Shown here piece after piece: positions 60,245 to 64,000 of a stretch of 64,000 bases of DNA (position 1 is the stretch's first letter; each line of letters opens with the position of its first letter). The stretch covers positions 769,734 through 833,733 of the forward strand of contig CP175956.1 in the NCBI GenBank assembly GCA_046116545.1, given 5' to 3'. Both the position numbers and the translations under genes were made by a program. This stretch comes from Candidatus Moraniibacteriota bacterium. GTDB taxonomy: Bacteria > Patescibacteriota > Minisyncoccia > Moranbacterales > GCA-2747515. The notes under the pieces are model-generated. The model ran no database searches, was not told the origin of the DNA, and worked only from the letters and a program-made list of their open reading frames with translations.

Positions 60245-60673
60245 TTATTTCAATGTTACTGTAGCTCCAGCTTCTTCAAGTTGTCCCTTGATTTCTTCTG
60301 CTTCTTCTTTAGCTACACCTGCTTTTACTACTACAGGAGCTCCGTCTACCATTCCTTTAGCTTCTTTTAGACCTTCACCTGTAATTGCTCGAACAGCTTT
60401 GATTACATTGATTTTTGATTCACCAATAGCTGTCAATTCGATATCGAATTCTGACTTTTCTTCTGCAGCTTCTTCTCCACCAGCACCAGGCATAGCCATT
60501 GCTACAGGAGCAGCAGCTGATACACCAAATTTGTCTTCCAAGATTGTTATCAATTCTGACAAATCAAGAACACTCATTTCTTCAATTTCTTTTACGATTT
60601 TTTCAAACTTTTTAGGAACTTCTACTGCTTTTGTTTCTTCAGTAGTTTCCTCTGTCTTTTTTGCTTCTGCCAT
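60245..60673 (-). CDS. rplL: 50S ribosomal protein L7/L12
   Basis: C-terminal domain ...[56 protein letters not shown]. Confidence 0.85.
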   Translation of the reverse strand: MAEAKKTEETTEETKAVEVPKKFEKIVKEIEEMSVLDLSELITILEDKFGVSAAAPVAMAMPGAGGEEAAEEKSEFDIELTAIGESKINVIKAVRAITGEGLKEAKGMVDGAPVVVKAGVAKEEAEEIKGQLEEAGATVTLK

Positions 60674-60728
60674 ATGATTATATTAAACTTATTAAATTAA
60701 TTTATAAAAATAAATATTAAATGGAACT

Positions 60729-61247
60729 TTACACTTCTTTATTATCTCTCACAGCACCAAGTACCTGTACAAATGATCGAGGCACACCTGCTAGAGTATT
60801 TACAAATCCACTGATAGGAGCTTGTAATTGTCCAAGAAGTTTTGCTCTCAATTCGTCCTTTGTAGGTAGCTTTGCAAGTGCATTCATTTCCTCAGCAGTC
60901 ATGATTTTACTTTCAAGCAATCCTCCAACAATCTTTATATTCTCATTTTCTTTTGCTGTTTCGAAAATAATTTTCGCACTCGTTACCTCATCTTTTGATA
61001 CACTGATTGCGATTTGACCTTCGTAATCTTTTGGATCAATCTCAATTCCATTATTTTTTAAAGCAATTGCAAGAAGTTTTTTCTTGATTACTTGGAAAGT
61101 TGATCCCTCACTCCGTAGTTTCTTCTTCAATTCAACCATATCGTTTGCTCCCAATCCTTTGAAATCAGCTAGCACACATGATGGTGCTCCTTTGATTTCA
61201 TCAGTCAGCTTTGCAACGATTTCTTCTTTTTGTTGTCGTGTAAGCAT
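60729..61247 (-). CDS. rplJ: 50S ribosomal protein L10
   Basis: 172 aa, immediately upstream of rplL, with an L10 N-terminal pattern (…KEEIVAKLTDEIKGAPSCVLADFKGL…). Confidence 0.8.
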   Translation of the reverse strand: MLTRQQKEEIVAKLTDEIKGAPSCVLADFKGLGANDMVELKKKLRSEGSTFQVIKKKLLAIALKNNGIEIDPKDYEGQIAISVSKDEVTSAKIIFETAKENENIKIVGGLLESKIMTAEEMNALAKLPTKDELRAKLLGQLQAPISGFVNTLAGVPRSFVQVLGAVRDNKEV

Positions 61248-61431
61248 AGTTTTATTTATTAAACGAAAAAATCCTGCGTCAAAACACAGAATTAAATCAC
61301 TATAAACACAAAATAAACTTGTGTTTCTAGCACTTCCTCACAAGGACTTAAATTTAGCCTTGTTTCTGCGGATACTCGTATAGTTTTTTAAAATCTTTCA
61401 ATATATTAACGCACTATTGCGAAACTGTCAA

Positions 61432-61836
61432 CTATTTCTTTTCTTCAGTCTTTTCATCTTTAGATTCCTCTTTTTTCTCTTCTACCTTTTCTTCTTTAGC
61501 ATCATCTTTTACTTCTTCTTTTTTCTCTTCTGCAACATCCTCAGAACCTTCTTCTTTCTCCTCCACCTTCTTCTCTGGCAATTTCACAGTTCGCTTTTCA
61601 CCTTTGATGATATCATTTCTAACCAATAGATTATATACACTGTCAGACGGCTGTGCTCCATTTGCCAAAAATTTCTTAATCATATCCTCTTTCAAAACTG
61701 TTTGTTTTGAATGTGGATCATAACTTCCAACAATTGCAATATGCTTTCCTGATGGTGCTTTCGTTTTTTCTTGTACAACAAGCCTGTACTGTGCATGATT
61801 GTGTCTTCCGACACGATTAAATCGTATAACTAACAT
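61432..61836 (-). CDS. rpsP: 30S ribosomal protein S16 with Lys/Glu-rich C-terminal extension
   Basis: MLVIRFNRVGRHNHAQYRLVV... is the S16 fold signature. The tail is EEKKEE-rich. Confidence 0.8.
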   Translation of the reverse strand: MLVIRFNRVGRHNHAQYRLVVQEKTKAPSGKHIAIVGSYDPHSKQTVLKEDMIKKFLANGAQPSDSVYNLLVRNDIIKGEKRTVKLPEKKVEEKEEGSEDVAEEKKEEVKDDAKEEKVEEKKEESKDEKTEEKK

Positions 61837-62008
61837 AGTGTAGTTTTTAAAATATATAAAATTAGATATTCACAAGATATGTACTCCTATGAAGTTTTAT
61901 ATTTAACTCTTGACGTAATTGCCAATTGAGCAAATATGCATGTAATAAAAAGAATACCTAAAAAAATCTTATTTGTCAATCCCACATTTGTTCAAATATT
62001 TCTCATGG

Positions 62009-62050
62009 ATAAAAAAATAACTTCGAATTACATTTATGTAATTCGAAGTT
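62009..62050 (-). terminator. rho-independent terminator after the small secreted-protein gene
   Basis: 12-bp stem AACTTCGAATTA/TAATTCGAAGTT with an adjacent A-run on the + strand. Confidence 0.55.
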
Positions 62051-62075
62051 TCTTCCTTTGAGTTTGAGTTAATAT

Positions 62076-62372
62076 TTAAGGCTTTCCCAAATATCGAATA
62101 TTCACCCATCCATCTGATGTACAAATCAGTGCCTCTTGTCCAATCAAAACTGTTGAGCCTACCTTTTTGATTGTCACACTGCTATTTCCTGGTAGCTTTA
62201 TCTGACACTTTCCCCAATTTGCTTTAACGCTATCTAGTGCAGCATTATGCACTCTGCCAACACCAGACTTCATACTATCTTCTACATCAGTACTATTAGC
62301 ATTACCCACAACTGCACCAACACCAACCATTACAAGAATTAACATTATAGTTTTCTTCATTCTTTCCTCCAA
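62076..62372 (-). CDS. small secreted hypothetical protein
   Basis: N-terminal signal peptide MKKTIMLILVMVGVGAVVG. Confidence 0.4.
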   Translation of the reverse strand: MEERMKKTIMLILVMVGVGAVVGNANSTDVEDSMKSGVGRVHNAALDSVKANWGKCQIKLPGNSSVTIKKVGSTVLIGQEALICTSDGWVNIRYLGKP

Positions 62373-62435
62373 TCAATAATATTTGCAAAAATTGCATTCC
62401 ACTTCGTAACCTAATAATATATTTGGTCACACCAC

Positions 62436-62777
62436 TTAAAAATTACTAATTTTTTTCTGCCGCGCATACATGAGAGACCTATTTTTATCCACTACAAGAA
62501 ATTCTCTCTCCCAGTACTCCTGTATTAGATTCCATGTAGACGTAACAATATCTGAATCACGAATATCCATAGATCCAATATTTCTTATACCTTCACTGTA
62601 ATGCACCAATTCTGCATCAATAGTTACCCAAAAAATATTCACACGATCTAGATCAATAACTGCCACATACTCCATTTCAGAAATAGTTTTTGGCATAACT
62701 GCAGGCTCAAGATCTTCTACGATGTGATTGATGACTCTCTGCCATCCATCAGAATTAACATGAATTGCAACACGCAT
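62436..62777 (-). CDS. hypothetical protein
   Basis: Start chosen at MRVAIHV. The track ORF extends to 62840. Confidence 0.35.
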   Translation of the reverse strand: MRVAIHVNSDGWQRVINHIVEDLEPAVMPKTISEMEYVAVIDLDRVNIFWVTIDAELVHYSEGIRNIGSMDIRDSDIVTSTWNLIQEYWEREFLVVDKNRSLMYARQKKISNF

Positions 62778-62858
62778 AATTTGGCCTCTCAAATAAAAGT
62801 TTTGAAAAAAATTATATTTAAAAATATTAAATAACTTCACAAAATAATACTACATTTT

Positions 62859-64000
62859 TTATTTTTTGTCAATATTTGATTCAGTTTCTATTTTTCCATC
62901 ATTCTTTATTTGATCAAGTTTCACACTCAAAAGTTGTGTAGCACCATCATTCCCCATTGTTACACCATAAAGTATATCCGCATGACGCATTGTCTCTCTA
63001 TTATGTGTAATAATAATAAATTGTGTTCTATGAGAAAGTTCCGCAAAAATTTTAGCAAGACGTCGTGAATTTGCCTCATCGAGTGCAGCCTCTACCTCAT
63101 CCAAAATTATAAATGGAGGTGGGTTATATGAAATGATAGCAAGTAACACCGCAACAGATGTAAGTGATCGTTCTCCACCTGATAGCAATGATAAGTGTTT
63201 CACTTTTTTCCCTGGAGGTGACGCCACTATTTCAATTCCAACCTCTGTTTTAGTTGAAACTTTTTTTACTTCTTCTTCCTCGTCATCTTCTTCATCTTGC
63301 AATACTTCTATATCAACATCACCTTGTATCTCATCTTCTTTTTTCTTGCGAGGTGTCACATCAATGTTAACTTTTTTCAATTTTGCATTTCCACCATTAA
63401 AAAGTATTCTGAAATATTTTGTAAATTCTTCATTAATCTCTTTAAATGCAGACACAAAAGCTTTATGAATTTTTTCATCCATCTCTTTAATAACTTCTTT
63501 CAGTTGCTTTATCGCTTCCGTTAAATCTTCCGACTCATTTGCCATAAGATCAAATCGCTCTTGCATTTCTTCATATTCATCTATAACCATTGGATCAATT
63601 CCGCCAATTTGCTCATATTTAGAACGAAGCTTATAAACCGCTTGTTCCATTTCTTCAAAAGTCATCTCCAATTCTTCAGCTCCATCAGCAACTTTCAAAT
63701 CCTGAACTTCAATACCAAGTTCCTGACGAACTTCCGACACAACATCCTCTTCACGTACTTCAGTCCTAGCAATATTAACTTTTATCTCATTAAACTGCTC
63801 ACGTATGGCATCCAGCAATCGTTGTTTCTCTCTTAGATCTTTTTCCAGTGCAAAGAATTGTGTACGAGCTTGTTTATCAGCTGCCACAGCACTAGTTATT
63901 TTTTCCTCTAAAATCTTTATTTTTTCTTTCACCTTAACAACTTTTTGTGCATGTTCAGAAATTTGCTCATCTAACTCCGCAATTTTATCATCATACTTTT
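62859..64000 (-). CDS. smc: chromosome segregation protein SMC, C-terminal part (N-terminus beyond window end)
   Basis: ABC signature LSGGERSLTSVAVLLAI, Walker B FIILDEVEAALD, D-loop and H-loop ITHNRETM. The frame stays open to position 64000. Confidence 0.75.
   Translation of the reverse strand, partial: KYDDKIAELDEQISEHAQKVVKVKEKIKILEEKITSAVAADKQARTQFFALEKDLREKQRLLDAIREQFNEIKVNIARTEVREEDVVSEVRQELGIEVQDLKVADGAEELEMTFEEMEQAVYKLRSKYEQIGGIDPMVIDEYEEMQERFDLMANESEDLTEAIKQLKEVIKEMDEKIHKAFVSAFKEINEEFTKYFRILFNGGNAKLKKVNIDVTPRKKKEDEIQGDVDIEVLQDEEDDEEEEVKKVSTKTEVGIEIVASPPGKKVKHLSLLSGGERSLTSVAVLLAIISYNPPPFIILDEVEAALDEANSRRLAKIFAELSHRTQFIIITHNRETMRHADILYGVTMGNDGATQLLSVKLDQIKNDGKIETESNIDKK

Noticed and set aside
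61248-61431. Ribosomal protein L10 leader RNA upstream of rplJ
   Set aside because: The interval is the right place for it, but I could not recognise the L10(L12)4-binding kink-turn mimic by eye, so I did not report it.

Overview
This is an AT-rich (about 30% GC), gene-dense bacterial chromosome segment read in the standard genetic code; long intact ORFs such as the 855-aa MutS argue against UGA recoding. Most genes are on the minus strand. Gene content and a single 16S gene that is not linked to a 23S fit a reduced, Patescibacteria/CPR-like genome; that placement is inference only, since I cannot run a search. Housekeeping genes are clear: hisS, mutL, mutS, cysS, serS, lysS, greA, obg, murB, murC, murG, ftsW, trmD, rplJ, rplL, rpsP, and a partial smc. 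A complete 16S rRNA sits on the minus strand at about 33422-34914, with its own processing-stem halves and terminator. A lexA-dinD SOS pair lies next to a roughly 9 kb Type I restriction-modification locus (hsdM, hsdS, hsdR) that has extra cargo genes embedded in it: a ClpP-fold SDH-type protease, a 318-aa unknown, small ORFs and membrane proteins. The most interesting region is 25.8-33.4 kb. It holds a SagB-type dehydrogenase, a YcaO-domain protein and a C39-like cysteine peptidase, the enzymes of a thiazole/oxazole-modified microcin / linear azol(in)e-containing peptide (TOMM/LAP) pathway. This block is bracketed by direct repeats of an ~135 bp element. That element starts with AAAGGAGGTG and carries a conserved 23-codon TTG ORF. 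Next to it is a duplicated orphan copy of the 16S 3' trailer, fused to the element at the anti-Shine-Dalgarno microhomology. Upstream of cysS is a tandem 105 bp duplication whose minus-strand ORF encodes a Cys/Ser/Gly-rich repeated peptide. Other notable items: a dispersed family of REP-like hairpins (TGTCAT(T)CC...), two copies of which form perfect 26 bp terminal inverted repeats around a GIY-YIG ORF; a 26-30 bp palindrome upstream of both serS and lysS; a LysRS with a C-terminal HD-domain extension; a radical SAM/SPASM gene next to a PRTase-like gene and an LD-carboxypeptidase; and a nucleotidyltransferase/CYTH pair sharing a near-identical 5' leader. I found no tRNA, CRISPR array or transposase. 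Coordinates I derived by hand may be off by 1-2 nt.
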